In this document: one piece after another, positions 10,280 through 21,942 of the stretch
Layout: each line of letters opens with the position of its first letter
Numbering within the stretch: the first letter of the stretch is position 1
Assembly: GCA_963806535.1 (NCBI GenBank)
Contig: CAWDYC010000004.1
Location: forward strand, 416,001 to 480,000
Reading direction: 5' to 3'
DNA length: 64,000 nucleotides
DNA from: Candidatus Bathyarchaeota archaeon
GTDB taxonomy: Archaea; Thermoproteota; Bathyarchaeia; Bathyarchaeales; Bathycorpusculaceae
Notes under the pieces: model-generated
The model's input: the letters and a program-made list of their open reading frames with translations, nothing else
Databases searched by the model: none
Told to the model about the DNA's origin: nothing
Program-made: the position numbers and the translations under genes

Positions 10280-11157
10280 TGGGAATCTTAATTGATGCTG
10301 GCACAAGAGCGATTGTTCAAGGAGTAACTGGAAAACAAGGCAGTTACCAAACTAAACTAATGCTTGATTATGGCACGAAAATATTAGCAGGCGTCTCTCC
10401 CGGAAAGGGAGGAAATACAATTGATGGACTGCCAGTTTTCGATACTGTAGAAGAGGCTGTTGATTCATATTCGCCTGATGCTTCGATAGTTTTTGTTCCT
10501 GCAAAGTATGCTCAAGATGCAGTCCTAGAAGCTATTGCAAGCAAAATCAAAACAATAGTTGTGATCACTGAGCATATTCCAATAAAAGACTCAATAAACA
10601 TGATTGCCAACGCGGCTCAATCGCAAATTTCTATTATTGGTCCAAACACGCCTGGAATAATCACGCCCGGAGAGTGTAAACTTGGAATAATGCCTGCCAA
10701 CATTTTTAGTCCAGGCACTGTTGGTTTGGTCTCCAGAAGCGGTACCTTAGCCTATGAAGTAGCTGCTGGCCTAAGAGCCAAAGGTTTGGGAGAGTCAACC
10801 TGCTTTGGTGTAGGCGGCGACCCAGTTGTTGGCTTGAATTTTATTGATGCGTTGAAACTTTTCAAAGAAGATGCAAAAACAAAAGCTGTGGTTTTAATTG
10901 GCGAAATCGGCGGCAATATGGAAGAGCAAACAGCAGAATACTTAACTAGACATCGGTATCCTAAGCCTGTTATAGCTTATGTGGCTGGCCGCTTTGCGCC
11001 AACTGGCAAGCGAATGGGCCATGCAGGAGCAATAATTACGGGTAAGCAAGGTACTGCACAAAGCAAAATTGAGGCATTTTCAAGCGCTGGAGTTAAGATT
11101 GCTGAGAAGCCAAATGATATTGCCAGATTAGTCAGTGAATCGCTATTTAAAAACTAA
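10279..11157 (+). CDS. sucD: Succinyl-CoA synthetase alpha subunit
   Basis: VQGVTGKQG, IGPNTPG, SRSGTL, GEIGG, RMGHAGA phospho-His motif. Confidence 0.95.
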   Translation: MGILIDAGTRAIVQGVTGKQGSYQTKLMLDYGTKILAGVSPGKGGNTIDGLPVFDTVEEAVDSYSPDASIVFVPAKYAQDAVLEAIASKIKTIVVITEHIPIKDSINMIANAAQSQISIIGPNTPGIITPGECKLGIMPANIFSPGTVGLVSRSGTLAYEVAAGLRAKGLGESTCFGVGGDPVVGLNFIDALKLFKEDAKTKAVVLIGEIGGNMEEQTAEYLTRHRYPKPVIAYVAGRFAPTGKRMGHAGAIITGKQGTAQSKIEAFSSAGVKIAEKPNDIARLVSESLFKN

Positions 11158-11324
11158 TTTGCCAACCTGCAAAGAATCATGGTTTTCATCATTCAAAACC
11201 GTTTGTCGCGGGTCTCAAAGGTCTCCATTGAAAAAATTCGCTTTAAAATTCAGGCACATCCTCCGAAACTGAAGCTTGCTTGGCATAAATCTCTATTGGA
11301 TTTGAACCCTGACTTTCAGGGAGG

Positions 11325-11705
11325 TTAAACTACAAATTCAACGTTTTCCAATTCCTTAAACCACTTATCGCCAGTAAGAAATTTTACGTTAGACTTTAGT
11401 GCAAGATAATACCCAAGAGCATCTGCGTAAGATATATCGCAGCCTTTTTTCTTTAGATTCAACCGCAGCTTCATTGAATCTTCAATATCAGCTAATCCAA
11501 AATCGATTACATATTTGGCAAATACTTTCACAACCTGCGAAGCTGCTTGTGCCCCATGAAGTTCAAGAGTGCGGTAAGATATTTCCATTAAATTCAGCTT
11601 GGTTAAGAAGCCATCATTTTCTTCAAAATAAGTCCTGTAGTTTGGGTTGTCAGAAAGATAAGCCATAACGGCATAGCTGTCATAGAAGAATCTTGCTTTC
11701 TGCAA
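11325..11705 (-). CDS. vapC: VapC PIN-domain toxin
   Basis: FFYDSYA...ISYADALGY...FLTGDKWF. Confidence 0.88.
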   Translation of the reverse strand: MQKARFFYDSYAVMAYLSDNPNYRTYFEENDGFLTKLNLMEISYRTLELHGAQAASQVVKVFAKYVIDFGLADIEDSMKLRLNLKKKGCDISYADALGYYLALKSNVKFLTGDKWFKELENVEFVV

Positions 11706-11706
11706 T

Positions 11707-11913
11707 TTATTCCCAGCCGCGTTTCATTTTGTTCTTTTCATCTTGCAAATCTTTGAAGGGGTACTTGCCGCGAAGAGAACTCACATCAGATACTTTTCTG
11801 ACAGTGACTTCTACCTCTTCGCCTTCCTTGAGTTCCTCTTCATCTACTAGCGCTTTGGGAAGTATTATGCCTAACGAATTTCCCCAACACTTAATTTTCG
11901 TCTTAGTATTCAT
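11707..11913 (-). CDS. AbrB/MazE-family antitoxin
   Basis: KCWGNSLGIILPKALVDEEELKEGEEVEV. Confidence 0.9.
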   Translation of the reverse strand: MNTKTKIKCWGNSLGIILPKALVDEEELKEGEEVEVTVRKVSDVSSLRGKYPFKDLQDEKNKMKRGWE

Positions 11914-11970
11914 AATTATACACGTATAACTTATAGCTTAAAGCTTTTGTGTTTCAGATTAAAAATCAAA

Positions 11971-12033
11971 TTGATGGCACCACGGGCGGATACCGAATTG
12001 CTGCTTATCCTAGGGAAATTGTCAGGAAATTTA
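11971..12033. repeat. Repeat X (second copy 26837-26896)
   Basis: TTGATG..CCAC.GGC.GATACCG.ATTG.T.CT.ATC.TAGGG.AATT shared between the two sites. Confidence 0.65.
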
Positions 12034-12130
12034 TGATTTTAATTTCCAACATCATTTAGTACCGATGCTTTAACGGCAGGTATTGATTTTTTGATAAGAC
12101 GTAGGTACTCGACTCAGTATTGACGTTTTT
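12031..12130 (-). repeat. vapC 3' remnant (repeat V copy 2) plus start of repeat W
   Basis: Matches 3486-3570 and 15691-15771. Confidence 0.7.
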
Positions 12131-12244
12131 TCTAAACGTGAGTTATCTTCTTATTCCTGCGATAACTGATATGTCACATAATTTGGCTAATTCCGTAAAA
12201 ATTGTGCGTGATTATAGCAAAAGCGTCGTTAGAATTTTGGAGTC

Positions 12245-15200
12245 TATTTCATCAATCTTTCTCGTGTCTATTCAGACTTTGGATTTTGTTTTTTAATCAC
12301 CCAACACGATATTTTTCCTAATATGGCTGATGGTTATGTGTAAAAACCTGTGTTGGATTTTATGAAATCTTGAATTTTTTAAACACTTATCTTACTATAA
12401 TGTTTATTTTTTTTCAAATTAAGACCAATTTATGCTAAGTGTTAAATATAGAATATATAGACTAAGGAATTAGCGAAATAAAAGGAGTAAGAAAAAAACA
12501 TGAAAATTACAAAAAACAAAATTGCAACTTTTGCTATTGCTATATTCTTAATGCTTTCAATGACCGCTTCAATGATGCTATTGCCAACAACTGACGCACA
12601 CACGCCCGCATGGCAAATACCAACATATGCCTACATACAGGCTATGCCTAACCCAGTGGGCGTGGGTCAGCAGGTAAACATTTTCTTGTGGCTTACCAAC
12701 TATTTTTACGGTAATTCGGTAACTAACGGTCTCAATTTCCACAACTTTAAGCTAACTATCACAGCGCCTAATGGTGCCGTAACAACACAGACTTTTGCCA
12801 ATATTAACCCAACGTCAGCCCAGGATTTCTTATATAATCCTGATCAAGTCGGCACGTACAATTTGACCTTCACTTATCCAGGAGAAACATACCCCCCAGC
12901 AGGGCTAACCAACGTTGTGCCAGCTAACTGTGTGAATTACATAAATGATACTTTTATGCCATCTTCTGCATCAGGAACCCTTACTGTGCAGCAAGAACCG
13001 CTTCCTGGGGCTACAACTTCGGAACCCATGCCGACCTGTTACTGGACACGACCGATATATGGTTTGAACACTAATTGGTACTCGATTTCGTCAAATTGGT
13101 TAGGCGAAGGTGCACCTAACTACGGCGGCTGGACCAATGTAGTCCAAGCACAAAGCTTCGAACTCAATGGCATGGCAGTGTTTCCAGGGGACGCTATAGG
13201 CTCTCTAACCAGCCACGTTATGTGGACTTCACCTATGCAAAGTGGAGGAGTTGTTGGAGGAAGCGTTTACAATCCACAAGGACAAACATTCTTCGACGGC
13301 TCTGCTTACTTAGTAAGATACGTCAATCCGATAATACTTGGTGGCTTGCTATTCTACACTGAACCCATATCATTTACAAACACGGGTTACGGACCTACCA
13401 ATCCTAGTGGCCCTACTGTCTGCGTTAATCTGCAATCAGGAAAAGTTGTTTGGTCTCGAAGTGATGTGCTACCGCTATTAATGGGCTATATGCCAGACGT
13501 TCAGACTGTAAATGAGCATGGAGTTTGTGAGCCAATTCTAATTTCAGAACAGACTGTCGGTTCGACTACCCCTGGCTTTCCCACTGTTTTAGGAAATACA
13601 ACTTGGATAGGTTATGATGGAGACACAGGAGACCCAATCTTCAACGTAACTAATGTACCAGCATACGGAACAATGGGATCTCTTGGCCCTGGCAAAGCTA
13701 TGGGTCCAGACGGTGAATACTTGAACTATGTCTTTGCTAATGCAGGCAATGCTACGAATCCTGACTGGCGTCTAGGAGAGTGGAACTCATCCTTGGTGTT
13801 TCTTGCGTATGGCCAAGGTAGACCAACCTTCCAAAACCTAACTTATGTTGGCGCCAACCCGACCCCCTACATTGTCGATGGAAGCATTTCAACAGGTGCG
13901 AACAACCGTTATGATTTTAATGTTTCAGTACCATGGCTCAACACAATGCCTGCATCAACCCCGCCGCAAACTCCCTTGCAAACAAATCCAGCAGCAAACA
14001 ACACATATCCTTATGCCACGTTTTATGCAGCGAAGAACACTCCAGTAACGATTGTGTCGGCTAAGTACGGCGATGGAATACTTTGCTACAATGGTACAAT
14101 GCCTTGCAACGGCGAAAACAATGGTTTCCCATATGTAAGCTCTGCACCCTACACGTACTTCTTTGTCAACCTCAATGCCTAGTAGAGGCGCAGTCGGTTC
14201 GGTTCAGTGGTGGAGTACATTTAATGCGCCAGCAAACAATTACACAGTCGTTCCTCAGGGAGTGGATTGGGGCACTCGTATCTTCCTTCAAACAAATAAG
14301 GAAAGCGTCCAATGGGTTGGATACAACTTAGATACTGGTGCGTACCTATGGACAAGTGCGTCCGAAGTACCTCTCAACTACTACGGAAGTCCAAGCCAAG
14401 GTGTTATCGCTGGCCAAGTTGCTTATGGCCACATCTACAGCGGATCTCTCGGCGGAATAATATATTGCTACGATGATACAACGGGAAAAATATTGTGGAC
14501 TTATGGCAACGGCGGCGAAGGCAACAGCACCAACTCTGACTTCAATTGGCGCTACGGTAATATTCCAACATGCGTAGCCGCTGTTGGAAATGATGTGGTA
14601 TACCTTTGGACAACTGAGCACACTTGGACAACACCGATTTACAAAGGCGGATTAGCACGCGCTATTAACGCTACTACAGGACAAGAACTCTGGACCATTT
14701 CATCAGTCACCATGAATTTCGGTATGACAAGCTACGCTATGGCAGATGGCTTCAACACATGGTTTAACGGTTACGACAATCAAATCTACACTGTAGGCAG
14801 AGGACCAAGCGCAACCACAGTTACGGCTGGACCGAAGTTTTCAACAATCGGAAATAGCGTGGTTATAGAAGGAACAGTTACAGACATATCTACTGGCACA
14901 AAGCAAGATCAGCAAGTGGCAGACTTTCCTAACGGCGTTCCTGTCGCATCAGACGCAAGCATGGGTCAATGGATGAGCTATGTTTATCAGCAACAATCGA
15001 TGCCAACTAACTTTACTGGTGTTCCGGTGCAGTTTTACGTCCTAGACTCTAACGGGAACTATCGGCAAATAGGAAGTGCAACAACCGATGAAAGTGGTTC
15101 TTACAGTTTAACATGGACTCCTGACATTATAGGCAACTTCACTGTCTACGCCAATTTCGCGGGCACAAATGGATATTGGCCATCATCTGCTGAAACACAC

Positions 15201-15535
15201 TTCAACGTCGGTAGTCCAGCAGCAACTGCTCCAGTCGCGACAGCTCAAACAAACATAGCAACCACCGGCGACTTAATGACATATATCGTTGCGTCAGCAA
15301 TCGCCATAATTATTGTAATAGTAATAATTGGCGTTCTGATAATAGTGATGCAAAGAAAACGTGCATAAACAAATGACAAAAAAATTTCCCTTCCCTTTTT
15401 TTGGGTTTAAGAAATAATGGCGATAAATATGGGCTGAGTAGGCCTTTGATAATACTTATCTGTTCGCGGCTGAGAATGGTTTTTGCATTTCTATTCTTTT
15501 CTTCCTTTAAAGTGGTCCAGAGCCTCAGCAAACCC
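12245..15535 (+). repeat. 3.3-kb direct duplication unit, copy 1 (upstream region + PQQ-propeller gene + tail)
   Basis: Colinear with 26895-30172 from TATTTCATCAATCTTTCTCGTGTC to TCAGCAAACCC. Confidence 0.95.
12500..15368 (+). CDS. Membrane-anchored PQQ-like beta-propeller repeat protein (one frameshift ~14180)
   Basis: Signal peptide, YWTRPI..N..W..ISSNWLG, YCYD.TTGKILWTYG, AINATTGQELW, NGYDNQIYTVGRGPS, C-terminal TM + RKRA. Confidence 0.88.
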
Positions 15536-15690
15536 AATTTGCCAAAAATATTTTTCCCTCTTCAAATAGTTATGGAGGCGATTCGAACCCCCATTAGTTA
15601 GTGTCTTAGTGGATTTTGAACTTCCGGTTTCATTGTTCTCCAACGATGTGATCGCCTTCCTTCTTTAAAACCATCATTTGTACTGGTAAG

Positions 15691-15791
15691 TTATGATTTC
15701 TATTTTCCGATATCATTTAGTGTTGATGCTTTAATGGCAGGTAATGCTTTTTTGTTAAGACATAGGTCCTCGGTTATTAGTTGCAGTTCTT
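15691..15791 (-). repeat. vapC 3' remnant (repeat V copy 3)
   Basis: Reverse strand reads ELQLITEDLCLNKKALPAIKASTLNDIGK*, matching the vapC end at 19996. Confidence 0.8.
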
Positions 15792-15842
15792 AAACCTGGA
15801 TAGATGGACACGCAACAGCTACAGGTTCCTCATCGGTTTCTT

Positions 15843-18800
15843 TCACTCAGCCTTTTGCTCTATATCGTTTTCTGGTTGTTTGCGGCTGGATAGTTTATAG
15901 GGCCACCAGTTGAATTTCTGTGCCATACCCATCAGTGCAGGGCACAAAGAAGAGAATGACGACTGTGACGTCTATTAGTACAGCTGCGGCGATGGCGAGG
16001 CTGATTTCTTGAATGAGCACAATCCCGGTTAAAAGCAGAGAAGCGAACACTGCTGACAGCACAAGTCCAAGGCCAAGGATGGTTACCCAAACTTTGTCAA
16101 CAGCAGCCTTTATTGCTTCGTCGTCTGTTTTGCCGTTTAGCACTTCCTCGCGTATTCTAGTGACGAAAAATATGTCATAGTCTATTCCAACACCTAACAT
16201 AGTTACTACAACGAATAATGGTGCATAGTTAAGAATTGGCAAGTTAAGACCACTGTGGAATATGAGTGAGACTATCGCTAAGGACATAATTACGCTGCAA
16301 AGTATTGTAATTATTAGGCGAAGAGGCGTAAATGCGGATCTTAAGCTGGAAAAAGAGAATCACATAAACCGCCACCGCGAGGATTATAATAACCTCTGGA
16401 AGCAAATTATCCATGAATGTTTGGCTGTCATATGTTGATTGCGTTTGACCTCCAAAATGAATTACAATGCCATTCATAAGCGATAGATTGTTGATGTTTT
16501 TCTCCATATCCGCGTAAAGAGTTGATGGCAGCCTGACTCAAAGCTGAATCTGAAAGCCCAACGGTGATTAAAACCGTCTTATTGTCTTCCCCAATCATTG
16601 TAAACATTTCATTTTCATACTGCAAACGCAGAGATTCTGACATGCCCTCGATAGTTGAGTAATTGAATGAATCGCCATAGGGTCTTGTTGGACTAACAAC
16701 GCTTATGACGCCATTTGAACTTGCAGCGGCAGTTGTAATTTGGTCGATTTGGTTTAGCAGGGTCTGGTTAAATTGGTTATCTCCGTATGTAATCTGTGTA
16801 GGCGTTGTGACAGTGATATAGGTTGGATATATTGTTCCGCTTCCAAAGTTGTCTGCTATAACGGTTACTCCTTGGTTGCTGGAGAAGTTTGGAATGAGTT
16901 TTTGGAAGTCACTGCTAAAGGGTGTGGTAAACGTTACAAAGATGGCACCTATGGACAACACGCTGAGTATAACCACTATGGGCACTTTCTTTTTAAGCGT
17001 GCCCTCTGCCACTCTTTTCAGAATGTTCTTACGATTAGAACTTGTTTTCGAGCGCCTGTTTAGTCCTGGCCAGAAAATCTTGTCACCAAGGGCAATCTCA
17101 AGCGCAGGCAACAACGTGAGTGACGCAGCAAGCAAAATTACAACTCCTAATGCTATGGCGGTTCCGACCTGGCTAAAGATGGGTACGTTAACAACTGCCA
17201 TAATTATGTAAGCTACTATGACAGTTATTCCTGCTGTTAGCACTGCTTGTCCAGCCCATTTAATTGAGATACCTACACTTTCCTCGATGGATTTACCTTG
17301 AAGTCGTTCCTCTTTTGTGCGTTTAAGCTGCAAAACCGCATAGTCTACAGCAAGACCCAGCATCAAAAGTATTGTTAAAGTTGGAGTGAGAAAAGTCAGG
17401 CTTCCATGACCTAAATCTACAATTCCAAGGTAGATGGATGCAAGAGCAACCACAATAGAGCAGCCGCCTACCAGAATCGGAATCAAAGCAGCCAGCGGCG
17501 CCAAAAATAATAATCCAACGATTAAAATGGAAATAACAATTCCAGGTACCACTGTAATCTCAAGGGCCGGCATAAATGCAATCTCAAAATCGTTAGACAA
17601 AACAGAGCCACCAGTTACGTATACCTCTCCAAAGTTTTGCAATCCAGAGTCTTGCACATCTGATTTTACTTGGGCAATCGAGTTGGCATCTGGAATAGAT
17701 GAGAAATTAAGAATAATTAGCATTGTATCATTATTTGAATTTACAAAATTCTTAGTCAACGAGCTTAGAGGCATATACGGGTAATCCATGTATGATTGAG
17801 TTATTACCTCGTTTTCAATGGCATTGTTTATGTCGGCAATAGCTTGCATTTTGCGGAAGACCGGAAAGGAGATTGCTCAAAGATGTGCTGTTTACCGAAA
17901 AGAGTGGTGAGTCTGAAAAAGTGTTCTGAGTGGCATTTGAAATAAACTTGCAAGCAAGAGTCCATGCCTGAGCATCGCTTGGCGATGAACCAAGCAGATA
18001 AGCAGACTTGTATCAGGTCGGAAACTGAGAAGCCTGTATTTGACGTTGTGATGTTAGAGTAGCTTGTTTCTAAGAGGCTGATTGCGTAGTTTCCAAGGGT
18101 CGTGTTTGAAGGTGACGGCCCAAAACTGTATAGTTCATTAACAAGGTTCTATCGCTGAGGTTCCGAGGGACGATGATAGTTCTGAGGGGATGTTTGATGC
18201 CATGGTTGAAATCGTCAAGTTTTCTAATGCGTTAAATTGATTCCAAGTTGTAACAGTCAAACCTGACGCCACAAGACCCAGCATTTGACTTGTCTGTGTA
18301 TCAAGCTGGGGATTGTTCAGGAAAGCCGCAACTGCTTGACCTACGGCGAAAGCTTCACGGTCAGACACGGATGTGCTGTTTGGAAGCACTTGGTAACTGG
18401 CATTCCAAGCGTTAAAGAAAGCAGTGTAGTACCCGATTGATTGGGCGTTGCCTCCGAAATTAGAGGTTACGCTGAACATAGTAGCGTTAGCTTGAATATT
18501 AGCATCAATCGGATTTGTATCGCCAAAAGCACTGAGCTGTTGCGATACTCCTTGCCAAACGTTGACGTACGCTGCAGGTATACCATAAACTAGCTGAGCT
18601 GTTTGGTTAATGCCATCTTGCATTTGAAACAGGTTTGTGCTTAATACAGACAGGTTATCTTGCAGTGAATATAATCCTGAGTTGATCGTGGTTATGTTTG
18701 ATTGGAGATTTGCTGTCTGATTAATTATGGCGGGCAATGACTCGTTAAGCAGGCTTGCTTCCAGCGAGTAAAGGCTTGACTCGCCAGTGTAATTAATGAT

Positions 18801-19129
18801 CTGCTTGTCTTTAGAAAGAGTGCCATTCAACTTAAGAACAGCATCTTTTAATGAATCAGAATAAACTGGGGCACCTTGAACGGCAATAATGATGGTGTTT
18901 TTACTACTATTGCTGACTTCTGGGAATTGAGTTTGTAGTATGTTTGATACCGTTTGTGATTCACTATTTGGGGGTGATCCAACACTTCCCATGATATCAT
19001 AAGAAACTGATGAAAAGAAGCTTGGAATAAGAACAAGCGAAAGCAGTACTACGACAATCCATGCTATAATGATCGACCGATGCCGCCTCCGAATGAAAAC
19101 ATTAATGAATCGAAAATTGACTTACGCAA
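15843..19129 (-). CDS. MMPL/RND-family transporter (several frameshifts)
   Basis: Two TM blocks with GLAVDY and GVGIDYDIFFVTRIREE, VYVTGG, large ectodomain, C-terminal NWWPYK. Confidence 0.88.
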
Positions 19130-19248
19130 TTAAATCTAACTCCACGTAGCAATGTATCGATAAGCATTTGCTTGCTATCAGATTAACATTTTACCGCATA
19201 GATGCGGCTCATCGAAAAGAATAAATCAAAAGGCAACAAGTATCTTTT

Positions 19249-19901
19249 ATGCGTCGATTAATTTTAGAAATCTCGGAAAAAGAACTTTCCAAATTTGGAT
19301 TAGAAATGCAATCATTTCAAAAAATAAAATCATTAGACTTTCTGCATTTCCTAAGACAAGACCGTGAAGAATTTGCAGTAATATCGAGAATAGAATTCAA
19401 GGACGACTCATCCAAAATCGAAGACCTGCTTGTTGGAGGCTTAATGGTTGAAGCGCAGCTTCTTGAACAAGAAAATAGCAGAACCTACACCGTCTTCTTG
19501 AAAGGCGGACCAAGTTTATCCTCAATTCTAGATTATTTAGGCATAGGCGGATATTTGTTCCCTCCGCTTGAAATTAGCGGAAAAAAACTAACGTCTTTCC
19601 TTTCTTGGAAGTGAACAACAAGTGGGCGAATTTATCAAGAAAATAACCGCCTTAGGGATTCGACATAGAGTAGTTTTGTTGACTGAAGCAAACTTCTCAC
19701 CCGACTCCCCCCTCAGCAAGCTAACTGAAAAACAAAGAGAGGTCTTAATTGCAGCTTACAAGCTTGGATACTATGACATCCCACGAAGAATAAATTCAGA
19801 GAAACTTGCTAAGAAACTTAACATTGGAGGCTCAACGTTAGGGGAGCATCTTGAGGAAAGCAGAACAACGCATTCTCATCGATGTACTAACAGAAACATG
19901 A
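19249..19901 (+). CDS. Bat/HTH_10-family transcription regulator (frameshifted), divergent from the MMPL gene
   Basis: LTEKQREVLIAAYKLGYYDIPRRI..EKLAKKLNI..STL.EHL(R)KAE. Confidence 0.88.
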
Positions 19902-19995
19902 CCTTTAGCTTTGTCAAGTTTCTTTCCAAAAGCGTCATAGGCAGTCAAACATTGCCATGCCAACTGAAGGAAGATTGTCTAGAAATTTATGCTTT

Positions 19996-20390
19996 TTATT
20001 TTCCAATATCATTGAGCGCTAATGCTTTAACGGCTAGCATTGCCTTTTTGATTAGGTGTTGGTCTTCGGTTATTAGTTGCAGTTCTTTAATTCTGGCTAT
20101 GCGAACGTATGAGGCATCGTAAAACGTAGTTTTCAACTCCATTGCCCCACTCTAGTATTTCTTCCTCATTGCTCTCTATCGGTATTACTTCCATTAGGGT
20201 CAGCGCGTGCTTTATCGCCTTTAAGATCTTCTTTGCCTCGTTTTTTGAGATTTTGGCATGCAAGAAATGATCTTTCCAAACAATATTTCCCAACTCATAC
20301 CTTGCTAACTCTAACTTATAGCTTCCAAATAAAAGGTCGATTTTATTCTTTTCAATAGTTCTGAAGATGGCTGAAGATTCAAATAGGCAT
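19996..20390 (-). pseudogene. vapC: VapC PIN toxin, disrupted
   Basis: Reconstructs as LF(E)SSAIF...LARYELGNIVWK...TFYDASYV...LITEDQHL...NDIGK*. Start is out of frame, first catalytic Asp reads Glu, one further shift. Confidence 0.75.
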
Positions 20391-20391
20391 A

Positions 20392-20928
20392 TTATCTGCT
20401 GTCTCTATCTTCTCTTGTGCTTTTGACTATGTCTTCTATGCTTACTTTCTCGGGTATGGGTTTTATTTTGTCTACTTCTTCTCTAAGTAGTTCAGTTTCT
20501 TTTCTTTTTATTTCGTCTTCGATCATACTCAGGATGTTTAGCATTTCCTGAACTGTTAGGATTTTAATCCCTTTGAATTCTTTCAATGAAAGCAGGTGCT
20601 TGTCTCCTGAAACAACGTAGTCAGCTTTGCCATCATAAGCTGCTCGTAGAATAATGTCGTCATCAGGGTCTGCTTTAACAACCTTGAATCTGGATTTCAC
20701 TTGCACTATTCTTGCAGCGATTCCCAACGTCTTGAGAAAGACAGCCACATCTTGTTCGCTTGTATACTTTGCCACGTTTGGGTCTTCTATTACATCAAGG
20801 AACTCTTCCAAAATGGCTTTGGACAAAAATATCTGTTTATCTCTTGCTAATTTATTGATGAGCTCGCGCGGCTTACCAGCCTTAATTAAAGCTGAAATCA
20901 AAACGTTTGTGTCAAGGAGCGCTCTCAT
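20392..20928 (-). CDS. PIN_3-type toxin with an antitoxin-like C-terminal extension
   Basis: ALLDTNVLISAL...DPDDDIIL.AA..GKADYVVSGDKHLL, followed by ~43 aa ending KSTREDRDSR. Confidence 0.85.
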   Translation of the reverse strand: MRALLDTNVLISALIKAGKPRELINKLARDKQIFLSKAILEEFLDVIEDPNVAKYTSEQDVAVFLKTLGIAARIVQVKSRFKVVKADPDDDIILRAAYDGKADYVVSGDKHLLSLKEFKGIKILTVQEMLNILSMIEDEIKRKETELLREEVDKIKPIPEKVSIEDIVKSTREDRDSR

Positions 20929-20938
20929 TGTTCATTTG

Positions 20939-21229
20939 TCACTTTGAACTCTTTTTTCTTTGCCTATGCTCATGGATTATTTCGTTTATCTCATCGTTTG
21001 AGAGTTCGCCGTATTTTGCTATTCTTTCATCGACTCTCTTGTACATGGCTTCAATCTCTTTTGATAAGTCCGGCTCCTCAAATTTCTTTAGTATTACTGA
21101 GTCGTTGCATTCGTATACTAAGAATTTAGTTTTAGGTTTGAGGCCCATTCGTGATCTTATTTTTGCGGGTATAACAACTTGACCTTTTTCACTGAGAATC
21201 GTAAGTTCAGCCTTTTCACTTTGAGCCAT
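20939..21229 (-). CDS. AbrB/MazE/SpoVT-family antitoxin
   Basis: SEKGQVVIPAKIRSRMGLKPKTKF. Confidence 0.88.
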   Translation of the reverse strand: MAQSEKAELTILSEKGQVVIPAKIRSRMGLKPKTKFLVYECNDSVILKKFEEPDLSKEIEAMYKRVDERIAKYGELSNDEINEIIHEHRQRKKSSK

Positions 21230-21496
21230 TTACATTACCTGAGTATAATCTTACATTCTTACCTAAAATAGATATCTCTTACAAAGATAACGTCCTAGAG
21301 GCGCGATCAAGAATGCCCACAGCTAGTTATTGGAGCCAAGTGCTTTAATGTCTTTAATTCACGTGTAAGATTCTGTTTTGGTGCGGATGTATTGACTCTG
21401 TTATCGCTTTAGCATTGGCTATATGGCAATTAAAGCACAGTGCGCGTCCGGGAGTAGATGTATACTTCTTTGAACACGAGGATAATCTCGTCGTTG

Positions 21497-21775
21497 CTAC
21501 CCATATTTTTCTAAAACTTGTCTACCAAAATCTGTTATTTGAACAGCATAAAAATCATAAGGCGGCGACTTTCTCGAAATATCCGAGTTATCCACAAGCA
21601 ATGATTTTTCCAGTTCTCTGACCGCATCGTTTAGGTCCTCTGGAGTTAGACCTGTTTTCTTATGTATTTGTTCACCTTTTACAAGTTCGCCATCTTTGAA
21701 TTCGGAAAGCACTTCAAGAACCTTCTTAGCATTCATATCCAAAATATTAAAATCATCAAGGTCAAAATCTTGCAT
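21497..21775 (-). CDS. Small winged-helix-like protein
   Basis: GEQIHKKTGLTPEDLNDAVRELEKSLLV...QITDFGRQVLE; paralog at 2353-2632. Confidence 0.75.
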   Translation of the reverse strand: MQDFDLDDFNILDMNAKKVLEVLSEFKDGELVKGEQIHKKTGLTPEDLNDAVRELEKSLLVDNSDISRKSPPYDFYAVQITDFGRQVLEKYG

Positions 21776-21942
21776 CCCAAAAACCTCAATTAAACTATAG
21801 TGATCTTTACATAAAAACTATTTGCAAAAAGCCGATTATACAGATAAGCTCGGAATAATCATATTTGTCTCTCCTGGCGCGGAAACTAACCAACGATTTT
21901 GAGCGGTTTGGAAAACAGAATTTTTTAAATAAGGGAAACTAA

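Noticed and set aside
15572-15592. tRNA T-arm-like fragment (GGAGGCGATTCGAACCCCC); similar hints at ~4141 and ~11298
   Set aside because: Under 25 nt, no cloverleaf and no matching partner or integrase; cannot be supported as a tRNA or att site.
15310-15601. Small ORFs repeated downstream of PQQ genes (also 26533-26992, 29947-30355)
   Set aside because: Reading frames and stops are not conserved among the three copies; treated as repeat T, not as genes.
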